NCBI GenBank assembly: GCA_039933555.1
Contig: JBDTNV010000002.1
Coordinates: 1,520-65,519 of the forward strand
Direction: 5' to 3'
Source of the DNA: Ignavibacteria bacterium
GTDB taxonomy: Bacteria > Bacteroidota > Ignavibacteria > Tepidaquicellales > OLB5
Length of the DNA stretch: 64,000 nt
A program made the translations under genes and the position numbers. Positions 53,826 through 63,889 of this stretch are shown here, one piece after another; the stretch's first letter is position 1; each line of letters starts with the position of its first letter. Under the pieces are notes generated by a model, which was not told the DNA's origin, ran no database searches, and saw only the letters and a list, made by a program, of their open reading frames with translations.

Positions 53826-54362
53826 ATGGAAATAATGCATAAAATAGGGCTTTTTATATTATTCAGCTTTGCATGTTCATTATCAATTGCAGTTGCATAT
53901 TCTCAAACAACTGGGGAGCCATGTAAATCCCCCGAAGCATTACAGTTTGATTTCTGGTTAGGCTCATGGCAGCTAGATTGGAAGGATCCGGACGGGACAG
54001 TAAAATCAGGCTCAAATGTAATCAATAAGATATTCGGAAGCTGTGTCATCGAGGAAAACTTCTCTTCAGGTGATAATACTTATTTTGGAAAGAGTATTTC
54101 AATGTACAGTCCGGATAAAAAACTTTGGCAGCAAACCTGGGTTGATAACGGCGGCTCATACCTCGATTTCACAGGAGGAATGCAAGACGAAAAAATGATA
54201 CTGCAGCGAAAAGGCAAAAATAGAAACGGGACTGAAGTACTCCAGAGAATGGTATTTTACGATATCACTAAAAATGAATTCAACTGGAACTGGGAATTTT
54301 CAAATGATGAAGGCGCGGCGTGGAGCCTTGTTTGGAAAATACATTATACTCGGAAGCTTTAA
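53826..54362 (+). CDS. Hypothetical secreted protein
   Basis: 178 aa with a signal peptide ..IGLFILFSFACSLSIAVAYSQ. A weak impression of a DUF1579/lipocalin-like fold only. Confidence 0.55.
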   Translation: MEIMHKIGLFILFSFACSLSIAVAYSQTTGEPCKSPEALQFDFWLGSWQLDWKDPDGTVKSGSNVINKIFGSCVIEENFSSGDNTYFGKSISMYSPDKKLWQQTWVDNGGSYLDFTGGMQDEKMILQRKGKNRNGTEVLQRMVFYDITKNEFNWNWEFSNDEGAAWSLVWKIHYTRKL

Positions 54363-54425
54363 ATCCCGGATGTTATAATTGTTGCGATGAGCGAAGCGAA
54401 AAAGCAATCTCTTTTACAAAATCAC

Positions 54426-54656
54426 TTATACCTGCTTCTTTGGCTCAAGAGCGTAAGCGGTTACTTCTGACTCAAACCCGCATGTTTTATGTGTTCCGTC
54501 ACAAAACGGCTTTTTATTGCTGCAGCCGCAGCGGCATAATGCAAAGGTTGTTCTTCCCGCAAGGTCATATATATTTCCGTTCGCGTCAAATAGCTCAACA
54601 TCTTCTCCTTCAATCCTGTAGCTTGCATTCTTTGTAACGGTAATTTTTGTAGGCAT
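54426..54656 (-). CDS. CDGSH iron-sulfur domain protein
   Basis: 76 aa with ..CRCGCSNKKPFCDGTHK.. Confidence 0.8.
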   Translation of the reverse strand: MPTKITVTKNASYRIEGEDVELFDANGNIYDLAGRTTFALCRCGCSNKKPFCDGTHKTCGFESEVTAYALEPKKQV

Positions 54657-54715
54657 AATGTTTTTTTTAAGTTATAATTCACATATTAAACTTTTGTTTA
54701 TGAAGAGCTTGATAT

Positions 54716-56335
54716 TTATTTTCTTCCATCTAGAATTTTCTCTATTTCTGCAAGCTTCAATTGTGCCCGCTTCATTATTTCATCGGCTTCTTTCAGCACT
54801 GCTGTTTTATACTTTTCATCCTCTATCTGCACAAGATTTATTTCCACATTCTTTAATGCGCCCCAAATTCCTGTTTCAAGTGATTTCGCTCCAACAGCAA
54901 GATCACTAGCTGAGCTTGCGTTACCAAGCTTTGCAAGCTCAATCATATACGGCCAACAAGAATCAGATACATGCATTACTCCTAATGGAACATTAATTGC
55001 TTTTTTTAATCCTTCCTGCATCAATTCTTTCCTTACTTTCTTCTCTTTATCGGTATTCTTAGGCATTTTCATAGCCATCATGTAATCATTGAATGCATTT
55101 GTATCGGCATCAATCATAGGGATAAGCTTCTTCATATTTTCATGCAATGGAGCGATAAGCTCTCTCATCTTTGCATCAAGATGCTCGAACTTCTTTGTAC
55201 CGTAGCTCATCCATCCCATCATTGCGCCTAAACCGGCGCCAAACGATGCAATTAGAGCAGAGACACTTCCGCCGCCCGGCGCTGAAGTGCGCGCACCAAC
55301 CAGTTCAACAAAGCTGCGGACTGACATTGAGGCAAGCGGCTCAGTTCCGCCTTCTGATGTCATATATTCAATGATTCGCTTTTCCGGATTAAACGGTGAA
55401 ACAGAATTCAACCCAAGCCTTTCAACAACAAGCCTTATCTTTTGTTTTTCATCTACAATAAAAAGATTTTCTTCCTTTATATAATATTCCGCAGCCATAA
55501 GCATTGCTTCAAGCGGTATTAGCCCGACAAGCTCACTGCCTGCTGCTGCGAGGTTCAGTTCTTTTGCATCCTTAACGCACTCCTCAAACACAACATGCGG
55601 CGGTGTTATTGTATAGTTATCAAGGTTAATTGATACCTGCGCCATATTATATTCATCAACATACCAGCCAATAGCCTTTATTGCTTTAAGCCTGCCGGGT
55701 TCATCCTGACCCCTGCCCTGTTCACGGATATTGAGTGCTATCCTGTGAGCCTGTTCTTTAGTGCCAAGAATATTTACATTATATGCTATGAGGAAAAATC
55801 TCGCGCCGGTAACTGTTGCGCCTGATTTTGGGATAAATTCCTGAGGACCGAAATCCGGCTTCCATTCGGACTTAATAATTCTATCTTTAATTCCTTCATA
55901 CTCGCCCTGCCTTATTTGCTTGAGTGATTTCCGCGCAGGATTAGTTGATGCCTCTTCATACAGGTAAACCGGAACACCAAGCTCTTCACCAACACGCTTG
56001 CCGAATTTCTTCGCGCACTCAACACAATCTTCAGTTGTTACACCTGCAACCGGTACAAACGGGCAAACATCAACGGCACCCATTCTTGGATGTGAACCGG
56101 AATGTTTTGACATGTCAATAAGTTCATACGCAGTCTTAGCAAACTGGAAAGCCGCTTCAACCACTGATTCAGGGTCGCCCACAAATGTAAATACCGTACG
56201 GTTTGTCGATTTGCCCGGGTCAACATCCAAAAGGGTTACTCCTTCAACTGCTCTAACTGCATCAGCACAGGCATTAATTATTTTCTCATCTCTGCCTTCT
56301 GAAATATTTGGAACACACTCAACTATTTTTCTCAT
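54716..56335 (-). CDS. ftcD: Bifunctional glutamate formimidoyltransferase / formimidoyltetrahydrofolate cyclodeaminase
   Basis: 539 aa. N-terminus MRKIVECVPNISEGRD.. (formiminotransferase) and a helical cyclodeaminase-like C-terminus ..SAPGGGSVSALIASFGAGLGAMM.. Confidence 0.9.
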   Translation of the reverse strand: MRKIVECVPNISEGRDEKIINACADAVRAVEGVTLLDVDPGKSTNRTVFTFVGDPESVVEAAFQFAKTAYELIDMSKHSGSHPRMGAVDVCPFVPVAGVTTEDCVECAKKFGKRVGEELGVPVYLYEEASTNPARKSLKQIRQGEYEGIKDRIIKSEWKPDFGPQEFIPKSGATVTGARFFLIAYNVNILGTKEQAHRIALNIREQGRGQDEPGRLKAIKAIGWYVDEYNMAQVSINLDNYTITPPHVVFEECVKDAKELNLAAAGSELVGLIPLEAMLMAAEYYIKEENLFIVDEKQKIRLVVERLGLNSVSPFNPEKRIIEYMTSEGGTEPLASMSVRSFVELVGARTSAPGGGSVSALIASFGAGLGAMMGWMSYGTKKFEHLDAKMRELIAPLHENMKKLIPMIDADTNAFNDYMMAMKMPKNTDKEKKVRKELMQEGLKKAINVPLGVMHVSDSCWPYMIELAKLGNASSASDLAVGAKSLETGIWGALKNVEINLVQIEDEKYKTAVLKEADEIMKRAQLKLAEIEKILDGRK

Positions 56336-56375
56336 AAATAGATTAACTTTATTATCTCTTTGATATTAATTACAT

Positions 56376-56900
56376 TTACCTGTTTAAGAAATATTTCTTA
56401 AAATCTTCAATTTCTTTTAAATCTTCATCAACATATTTTCTAAAAAGCTTATCACCAACTGATTCTTTTATAACTGAAATACCAACATCAATAAGCCTTA
56501 GGCCGTTTGCAGTTAGGAGAACATTATCATACAACATTCCTTCAATATCTTCGGGCCTTTTGATATCTCTATGTACAAATCCTGCTGAATGAAGCTCTTT
56601 TATTTCATCTTCAAATACGTCATACCACAATTCGCGTTTTACAATTTCAAAAGCGCGGTAATCCATTGGATACAGTCTTTCCATAACGAGCATTTCATTC
56701 TGTGTTTCGTCATCAATATCAATATTTAAGAATTTTACCACAAGACCATTGATCTTATTGGCATATTTCATTTTTTCAGCTTCAGAACCAATATCACTCC
56801 GTGTATCACCGGAATAAAGTTTTCCCGCTTCTGTTTCTGAAATGGCTATCACAGTATTATTAGCACCGCTGGAAAGTGTTTTAGGATATTTTCTTACCAT
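56376..56900 (-). CDS. Minimal protein-kinase-like protein (174 aa)
   Basis: Kinase-core landmarks in order: degenerate G-loop LSSGANNTV, AGK (beta3 Lys), EAEK (alphaC Glu), hinge LVMERL, catalytic loop HRDIKRPED....N, and IDVG in place of DFG. Only 34 residues follow. Confidence 0.5.
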   Translation of the reverse strand: MVRKYPKTLSSGANNTVIAISETEAGKLYSGDTRSDIGSEAEKMKYANKINGLVVKFLNIDIDDETQNEMLVMERLYPMDYRAFEIVKRELWYDVFEDEIKELHSAGFVHRDIKRPEDIEGMLYDNVLLTANGLRLIDVGISVIKESVGDKLFRKYVDEDLKEIEDFKKYFLNR

Positions 56901-56973
56901 AATTTATAAAATTAGCATTAATTAATGAATCTTTAAATGAATAAGAAATTCACACTTTAGGTAAAACCAGATT

Positions 56974-57009
56974 ATCAAAAAAGAAGAACCCTGCTATTAA
57001 CAGGGTTCT
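56974..57009 (-). terminator. Intrinsic terminator
   Basis: Minus strand AGAACCCTG-ttaatag-CAGGGTTCT followed by TCTTTTTTG. Confidence 0.75.
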
Positions 57010-57212
57010 GAGATTGGATTTTAGGAGGTTTAAAGTAGGTCTTATCTGTTTAAATGAACAAAGCCAGAAGTATGAATGCTGTGGAGAGACAAATAATTGT
57101 TATTAATTCTTTTAATTTATTCATTTATTAAATATCAATTATTTAATTAACCAAGTTTACATACCGGAAACACATAAGTAAATACCGTACATACGCTATG
57201 CCATGATTTCAT

Positions 57213-57243
57213 AAAAAAAGTGCCCATAAGGGCACTTTTTTAA
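57213..57243 (-). terminator. Intrinsic (bidirectional-looking) terminator after the 57276..59012 gene
   Basis: AAAAAAAGTGCCC-ataa-GGGCACTTTTTT. Confidence 0.8.
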
Positions 57244-57275
57244 AGTTTTTATTCTGCTTCAAACAATATTTTTAT

Positions 57276-59012
57276 TTATCGGCCATCGGGCTGTCTGATT
57301 ACACAGAACTTTCCATTGGTAATTGTTACCTCGCCCATTGTTGATTGGAAAGTACCTTCAAAAGTACCTTTGATGTGATCACCAACTGCGCCGTATTCTG
57401 TTACGTTAATATTAACTGTTTCCCCTGCATACGAGTTCAGAGTTTTATAAGTAACCGCACCGGATGATTGCGGATAGGATCCTATAGTATTGCCCATAAA
57501 TACCATGGAAAAAGATGAAGTATCCATCGCTGCACAAGTTATACCTGTTGCGCTATCCTGGGCTGAATATATCCCTATTGCAACAGCAGTCTGAAGCCTG
57601 ACATACAGGTTATTGTAACCGACACCTGTTATCACAAAACTATTCTCGCAATCGCTCTGTCCCCCGTTGCATGACTTCAGGTCGCCAACATTTAATGTTA
57701 CCGGTGTTGAAGGAGTCTGAATGACAGTATCGATAATATCACCGTTGTATGATGTGAATTTTAAGTGTGCCTGCTTGTTAGGCGCAACATGAACTCTGAA
57801 GCTGCCCGTTTGTGTCGGCATAATTCCCTGGTTCTGGTTATCCCAGAACACTGAAAGAATTCCGTAAATATTATTCCCATTGCAATCTTTAAATGTTCCT
57901 GTTAATACAGGGAAACATGCCAGCTGACAGAGCGGCACCTGGTAAACCTGATTCTGTGTAAGTGCGGGAATCTGTATCGGCACACCGCTTGACATACCAA
58001 AGTTCTGGGTTGGTTCAACCGAAACAGTAAAATCAATTCCGGTTGGCACAGTCCTTGTATACTCACCGTTTGCATTAGTATTTGTTACTGTCTGCCCTAC
58101 TTTGACAATTATGCCCGGCATCGGCTGGCCCTGGCAGTCAACTACTTTTCCTGTAACCCTTGTTAAATAACCGGGATAATCATTGTTCCAGTCAGTAAAA
58201 TGATTTACTGTCCCTACATATTTATCACCCTGCTTTGTTGCTGTTCCTTCCTCACGCCATAATCCTGTATTTTCATCAAAGTACCAGAGCGGAATTGTAG
58301 CTGGCGCTGTTGCAACTAATGCTGCGGGAATTGTTGTAGTTATAGTAGATGGCTTGCCCCCTGTTACATTAAGCTTCTCACCGCTTGTACCCTCAAGCTC
58401 AACTTTCATGATACCAAAAGAATACAGCACAGCATCGGTTGAATCTGATCTTCTTGCCATCATATCGCCGCCTGAAACTGTTTCTGAAAATTTAACATCG
58501 GTGGGGTCCATATACTTTACCGACATATTTACCTGCCCGTTGTAAGTTGAACCGTCACTCTTAACTACTGAGCCCGGCTGAATTTCAACTTTTGAACCGT
58601 TGGTCAGGTCCGCGCTTCCGCCTGTTGTGGAGTTTATTGTGTGAGTTACTGATTTCGGCATCATTGTTATTTTCATAACCGTCGCACCTGCTTGCGGTTT
58701 ATCACCTTTAGTTGCAGTGTAGAAACCAATTTTTTCTGCTTTAACAAAGAGCCTGTTCTGTGGAACCGAAATATCGGTAAACATAAACTCACCGTTTGGG
58801 CCGGTTGTTTTTGTCTGTCCGTGTGATGTTACAGTTACTCCCGGCAAAGGCTGATTGCTTTCGTTCACAACTACTCCTGAAATTGTTGTATTTATTGTTC
58901 CACCGTTGTTTGGATTAGTTGAAACGATGCTTCCATCTTCATTGCAGCCAATAGCGGCAATAAGAATGATGAGCAGATTGGCAATTAATACGATCTTTAA
59001 TATCTTGTTCAT
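57276..59012 (-). CDS. Lipoprotein with carboxypeptidase-regulatory-like (CarboxypepD_reg) domains
   Basis: 578 aa. Leader ..LLIILIAAIGC. ..ISGVVVNESNQPLPGVTVTSHGQTKTTGPNGEFMF.. and a second similar module ..VTGKVVDCQGQPMPGIIVKVGQTVTNTNANGEY.. Confidence 0.65.
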   Translation of the reverse strand: MNKILKIVLIANLLIILIAAIGCNEDGSIVSTNPNNGGTINTTISGVVVNESNQPLPGVTVTSHGQTKTTGPNGEFMFTDISVPQNRLFVKAEKIGFYTATKGDKPQAGATVMKITMMPKSVTHTINSTTGGSADLTNGSKVEIQPGSVVKSDGSTYNGQVNMSVKYMDPTDVKFSETVSGGDMMARRSDSTDAVLYSFGIMKVELEGTSGEKLNVTGGKPSTITTTIPAALVATAPATIPLWYFDENTGLWREEGTATKQGDKYVGTVNHFTDWNNDYPGYLTRVTGKVVDCQGQPMPGIIVKVGQTVTNTNANGEYTRTVPTGIDFTVSVEPTQNFGMSSGVPIQIPALTQNQVYQVPLCQLACFPVLTGTFKDCNGNNIYGILSVFWDNQNQGIMPTQTGSFRVHVAPNKQAHLKFTSYNGDIIDTVIQTPSTPVTLNVGDLKSCNGGQSDCENSFVITGVGYNNLYVRLQTAVAIGIYSAQDSATGITCAAMDTSSFSMVFMGNTIGSYPQSSGAVTYKTLNSYAGETVNINVTEYGAVGDHIKGTFEGTFQSTMGEVTITNGKFCVIRQPDGR

Positions 59013-59219
59013 TTTTTTGTTTGGTTGTTAGTTAGTTAATTACTTATGAACAAAGATATAATTACATAACCGCCCTGCAAAAGCGATTTTATCCAAAAAT
59101 TTAAAGCCGATGGAGATAAAATTTCGAAAGGGTAATCGAAAATCTGTAAATACAGGCTATTTTAAGGGAAAATACTGTATTTGCCTGATGAAATAGTTAA
59201 GTTTATTAAAGCCCTGTCA

Positions 59220-60458
59220 TTACTTCTTGTAAATTATTTTACCGCGTTTTATCACTTTTTCAGCCTGGTTTACACCAAAATGATAGATTATATCTTTATA
59301 ATTAGGTGTATCAAAGATTACCATATCAGCCTGTTTGCCGGTTTCAATGCTTCCAACGTTATAAGAAATACCAAGTGCAGCTGCTGCATTGATAGTAACA
59401 GCGTTAATAGCTTCTTCTATGTTCATTTTCAAAAGCTGTACAGCCATACTCATAACAAGCTGAATATTTTCGCTCATTGCGCTGCCGGGGTTAAAATCAG
59501 TAGCTATGGCAACGGGAATTTTACCTGCGATCATTTTCCTTGCAGGCGCATAGGGAATATCAAGAAAGTATGATACCGTTGGAAAGACGCATGCAATTGT
59601 ACCGGAATTAACAAGCGCTTTTATATCAGAAGGCTTCATCACTTCGAGATGATCAACAGAAATTGCGCCACATGATATTGCCGCTTCAATTCCACCGATT
59701 GAATAGAACTGATTTGTATGAAGCTTCGGAACTAGCCCGAATTTAATTCCCTGCAGAAATATTTTTTTTGTATCACCAACTGAAAAATAATTCCTTTCGC
59801 AGAATGCATCTATGAATGTCGCAAGATCACGTTTTGCAATTTTGGGAATCATATCATACAGAATTTCTTCCAGGTATTCATCTTTGGTTCTATCTTTGGG
59901 GTAAGCATGCGCGCCGAGGAAAGTTGCATAAACATCAATTGGCATTTCCCGGTTAAGCTCATTTATTACTTCAAGCATTTTTAGTTCATTGGCAGTATTG
60001 AGTCCGTAGCCTGATTTTGCCTCAATTGTAGTAACCCCAAAGCTGATTGATGAATTTATTCTCTTTACGGCAAGCTTCTTTAATTCATATTTTGGAGCTT
60101 TGCGTGTAGCTTTGACCGTGCTGATTATTCCCCCGCCTGCTTTTGCAATTTCTTCATATGTGCTGCCGTTTATCCTCATTGAAAATTCATCAGCGCGGCT
60201 GCCTGCAAATACTAAGTGAGTGTGTGAATCAATAAATCCGGGCAGTACACATTTACCGTGTCCGTCAATTTTTCGCAGAACTTTTTTTCTGAGTTTTGTT
60301 GGCAGGGACTTCCCTATCCACTTAATTCTTCCGTCTTCGGAATAAATACTGGTATTTTTTAGCAATCCAATTTCAGACTGGTGTTTCCCGTCTTTGAATT
60401 TGTGTCCACGGGTATGGCAGGTTACAACCTGAGAAGCGTTTTCTATAAGTAGGCTCAT
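59220..60458 (-). CDS. hutI: Imidazolonepropionase
   Basis: 412 aa with ..LPGFIDSHTHLVFAGSRADEF.., ..KSGYGL.. and ..ATDFNPGS.. Confidence 0.9.
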   Translation of the reverse strand: MSLLIENASQVVTCHTRGHKFKDGKHQSEIGLLKNTSIYSEDGRIKWIGKSLPTKLRKKVLRKIDGHGKCVLPGFIDSHTHLVFAGSRADEFSMRINGSTYEEIAKAGGGIISTVKATRKAPKYELKKLAVKRINSSISFGVTTIEAKSGYGLNTANELKMLEVINELNREMPIDVYATFLGAHAYPKDRTKDEYLEEILYDMIPKIAKRDLATFIDAFCERNYFSVGDTKKIFLQGIKFGLVPKLHTNQFYSIGGIEAAISCGAISVDHLEVMKPSDIKALVNSGTIACVFPTVSYFLDIPYAPARKMIAGKIPVAIATDFNPGSAMSENIQLVMSMAVQLLKMNIEEAINAVTINAAAALGISYNVGSIETGKQADMVIFDTPNYKDIIYHFGVNQAEKVIKRGKIIYKK

Positions 60459-60580
60459 TTAAAAAAATATAATTATACAAATATACTTCAAGAAAGTATG
60501 AAAAAATAAACTTATAAATTGCTTATTTCGGGATAAAAACCAAAGGTATACTTAATATTAACAGCAAATTATTACGTTTA

Positions 60581-60600
60581 AATGATAGTTTACTATCATT
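60581..60600. promoter_or_regulatory. 9-2-9 palindrome just upstream of the regulator gene
   Basis: AATGATAGT-TT-ACTATCATT. It ends 10 nt before ATG 60611, in the hutI/regulator divergent region. Confidence 0.4.
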
Positions 60601-60610
60601 ATATTTCACA

Positions 60611-63600
60611 ATGACACAAAACAGGGTACGGCAGGTAATCCAGACCCGTATCACAGCGCCAAAAGCTCCCCAGAATATTATCGCCAGAAGCGGTATTGTT
60701 AAGCTATTAACCGCATCCGAGGGGAAAAAACTCCTTCTTGTAACAGCCCCGGCAGGATATGGTAAGACTACTTTGGTTAATGAACTTATAAACAGCTCGG
60801 GCAAAACTACCGCATGGATCCATGTTACTCCCGATATCAAAAATGTATTTAATCTGCTCACATATATAATAAGCTCTTTAAACAGAATAAATGAACAGTT
60901 TGGCGGCGTAATTTTTGAGACAATATCACTTGTAGAAAATGATTCTGAAAAGATAAATGATATGGGCTCTGCGCTTGGTGAATTAGCCGGACTTATGGTA
61001 AATGAATTGCTGGTAAATTTTACAGGTGAAGTAATGATAGTAATTGATGACTTACACGAACTTCAGAGTGAAAAATATGTTATGCAATTCCTTGACCTTC
61101 TGATAAGTGACTTACCTGATAATATTCAACTCGTAATAATTTCCAGAGAGCTTCCGGGGATCAACCTGACTCATTTAAGGGCAAAAAGGCTCATTAGTGA
61201 AGTAACGCAGAAAGAGCTGGTGTTCACTAAAGATGAAATTAAATCTCTGGCATTGAAAATATACTCAAAGCCTCTAACTGAAAAGGAATTCACATATCTG
61301 CAAACTTCTGTAGGTGGGTGGATAACCGGTATTCATCTTGTAATGCAATCCATTGAAGAAAATACAGAAGACCAATTAAGTACAATACCCCCTAATCTGT
61401 TTGATTACTTTGCCGGGGAAATATTCATCAAGCTGAATTCCCAAACACAGGATTTTCTACTTAAGACATCACACCTCGAAAATTTTGACTCAGATATCTG
61501 TAATGTTATATTGGATTCTGATAGCAGCGCAGAGGTGCTTGGTTATTTACTGGGAAAGAATATTTTTCTCGAATCCAAACAATACATTTCATCCGATGGT
61601 AAGGTTGTAATTAATTATGATTATGTACAGCTCTTCAGAACATTTCTTTTAACAAAATCAAAAGAACTCTTAACTGAATATATGCGGAAAGATATTTTAT
61701 ACAGGACAAGCGTATACTATCAAACAAACTCCCATCACGAAAAAGCAATTGACTATGCAGTTTTATCTGGTAACCGTGAATATTCCGAAGAGCTTTTAAC
61801 CCAAAACTTTGATGAATTTTTTCTCAAAGGAAACTTTGAAAAGCTTTGGGAATGGGTGAATGCATTTGAGGAAAACAGCCCGGAAAATCTAAAGCACTTT
61901 TTTTATTATAAGGGTGTGTTATGTAAATATTTCCTTGGGCAGCTGGATAAGGCAACTGAGTATCTTGATATGGCAATTGAAATATCCGGGAATCAAAAAG
62001 ATGAGGATTTTAGGATGACTGCGCTAACCATGAAACTGGAAATAATGCTTAACCAGGGTAATACCTCCGGTGCTTTGGAAATATTAACGGGGCTGGAAAA
62101 TATCAGATCATCGGATATCAATAAAGCTAAAATATTTTATTTCCTCGGGAATATCTATTTCCAGAATAACGACCTTGCGAGATCACTTGAATATTCCAAC
62201 AAAGCCCTGGAATTATGCGAAAATGCCGGCAACATTACAATTATAGAAGATATATACAATTTACTGGGAAACATAAACATTATAAAAGGTGAGTTTGTGC
62301 AATCGACCCATTATTATGAATTGCTCTTAAGCATGACCCGAAGCCTGCAGAAAAAACTTCTGGCACAGGGGAATCTGGCAATACTATATTCCCGTTCAGG
62401 AAAATTCGGAAAAGCAAGGGAGTGTTACGAAGAAACTTTAAAGCTTTTTCGTTTTTTCAGCTCACCGGTATTTGAAATTGTTGTTAAGATGACCGAATAC
62501 ACCCTTAGTTTTGAATCTGGTGATTTCACGGCTGCTTTGGCTATTGCTGCAGAGATAAACAAGTTATCTTTAAAGCTTAAAAACAGCCAGTATATTTGTT
62601 TAAGCTTCCGGTTTTTGGGAGAGTGCAGTTATTATTTAAATAAATTTGAAAGTGCTGTCAAATATCATGAGCTTGCCGGGAGCTACCTAAATATTTCATC
62701 TGAAAATGATAGTTTACTTAATTTGTTATTTAAGGCAATAAGTAAAATAAATTCTGCTCCACCCGAAGAAACTGAAAAAGAATTAACAAAGGCATATGCA
62801 TACTTTACTTCAATAGAATCAAGTTATGACCGGTCAATTGCAGGATTTTACCTCGCAAAGTTTTACTATATCAATAATAATCCTGAAACATGCAGCCAAT
62901 ATCTCGAAATTGTATTCAAACTTTCGAAGGAAAAAGGATATTTTTCATTTTTGCTGCGTGAATATATCAGCTCTGAAGAAATTTTCAAACTATTACCGTC
63001 TGAATATAAGGCATCATACAAAGAATTCTTAGCAGCTTCATCGGAAATTGCAGAGCTTAGCTGGATTAGCGAAAACTATAAAGAGTTTTTAAAAAGCTTT
63101 ATAGAAAGCAAGTATGATCTTAAAATGCTGGCTTTTGGCGGATTGAAGTTTTTCTTAAAAGGTGAAGAAATTCCCGAGAAAAAGTGGGTAAGAAAAAAAC
63201 GAAAACTGTTTTTATGTTATTTGATACACTCTCATAATCAAACAATATCAAAGGATAAAATTGTAGATGTTTTTTTTGGAGATACCCCGGTTGAAAGCGT
63301 GGATAACATTTTTCACCAGGCTGTTTCTAATATAAGAACAGCCCTAAGAAATAATATTGGAGTTGAGCATAAAGGAAAAGTAAAACCGGCAGAACCTGAT
63401 TACATTATCTACGAAGATAAAACTTTGAGATTTAACAGGATATACAGCTTTTATTCTGACCTTGATGAATTTGATAATTTAATCAGAAACTCTGGTTCAG
63501 CAGAAAGCGCCGTGCTTACTATTGAATATTTGAAGAAAGCTTGCGAACTATACTCCGGGGATGTACTTGAAGGATATTATGAAGGGTGGTGTGAAAGTAT

Positions 63601-63889
63601 CCGTGAAGAATATAAAAGTAAATTCATAAAGAGTTCTGAAAAGTTACTTGGGCTATTCCTGGCGCAAAACCGGTTTGATGAGATCTTGGAATATTCCCGG
63701 AAGCTGAATCAAGCTGATAAACTGAATATTCCTTCTATCAAGTCAGTGGTAAAAGCATACATAGAGACAGGTAAGGGAAACCTTGCCCGTAGAAATCTTG
63801 AGAAATTTATTGCCCAATATGAAGATGAAATAGGTGAAAAACTGCCAAAAACTATACTAAATGATTTAGAAGGACTATTTGAAAAATAG
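60611..63889 (+). CDS. Large STAND-type regulator: MalT-like P-loop NTPase + TPR-like helical repeats + C-terminal winged-helix/BTAD (SARP-type) DNA-binding module
   Basis: 1092 aa. N-terminal ..IARSGIVKLL..LLLVTAPAGYGKTTLV..VIDDLHEL.. A long helical repeat region. C-terminal ..LKMLAFGGLKFFLKGEEIP..KWVRKKRKLFLCYLI.. (OmpR/SARP wHTH) and ..LYSGDVLEGYYEGWCESIREEYKSKF.. (BTAD). Confidence 0.75.
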   Translation: MTQNRVRQVIQTRITAPKAPQNIIARSGIVKLLTASEGKKLLLVTAPAGYGKTTLVNELINSSGKTTAWIHVTPDIKNVFNLLTYIISSLNRINEQFGGVIFETISLVENDSEKINDMGSALGELAGLMVNELLVNFTGEVMIVIDDLHELQSEKYVMQFLDLLISDLPDNIQLVIISRELPGINLTHLRAKRLISEVTQKELVFTKDEIKSLALKIYSKPLTEKEFTYLQTSVGGWITGIHLVMQSIEENTEDQLSTIPPNLFDYFAGEIFIKLNSQTQDFLLKTSHLENFDSDICNVILDSDSSAEVLGYLLGKNIFLESKQYISSDGKVVINYDYVQLFRTFLLTKSKELLTEYMRKDILYRTSVYYQTNSHHEKAIDYAVLSGNREYSEELLTQNFDEFFLKGNFEKLWEWVNAFEENSPENLKHFFYYKGVLCKYFLGQLDKATEYLDMAIEISGNQKDEDFRMTALTMKLEIMLNQGNTSGALEILTGLENIRSSDINKAKIFYFLGNIYFQNNDLARSLEYSNKALELCENAGNITIIEDIYNLLGNINIIKGEFVQSTHYYELLLSMTRSLQKKLLAQGNLAILYSRSGKFGKARECYEETLKLFRFFSSPVFEIVVKMTEYTLSFESGDFTAALAIAAEINKLSLKLKNSQYICLSFRFLGECSYYLNKFESAVKYHELAGSYLNISSENDSLLNLLFKAISKINSAPPEETEKELTKAYAYFTSIESSYDRSIAGFYLAKFYYINNNPETCSQYLEIVFKLSKEKGYFSFLLREYISSEEIFKLLPSEYKASYKEFLAASSEIAELSWISENYKEFLKSFIESKYDLKMLAFGGLKFFLKGEEIPEKKWVRKKRKLFLCYLIHSHNQTISKDKIVDVFFGDTPVESVDNIFHQAVSNIRTALRNNIGVEHKGKVKPAEPDYIIYEDKTLRFNRIYSFYSDLDEFDNLIRNSGSAESAVLTIEYLKKACELYSGDVLEGYYEGWCESIREEYKSKFIKSSEKLLGLFLAQNRFDEILEYSRKLNQADKLNIPSIKSVVKAYIETGKGNLARRNLEKFIAQYEDEIGEKLPKTILNDLEGLFEK

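Noticed and set aside
54378-54411. ATTGTTGCGATGAGCGAAGCGAAAAAGCAATCTC as another member of the R1-type repeat class
   Set aside because: It has the same GAGCGAAGCGAA-like core flavour and sits between two convergent stops. But the arms pair over only ~4 bp and it is a single copy here, which is too weak to call without a genome-wide search.
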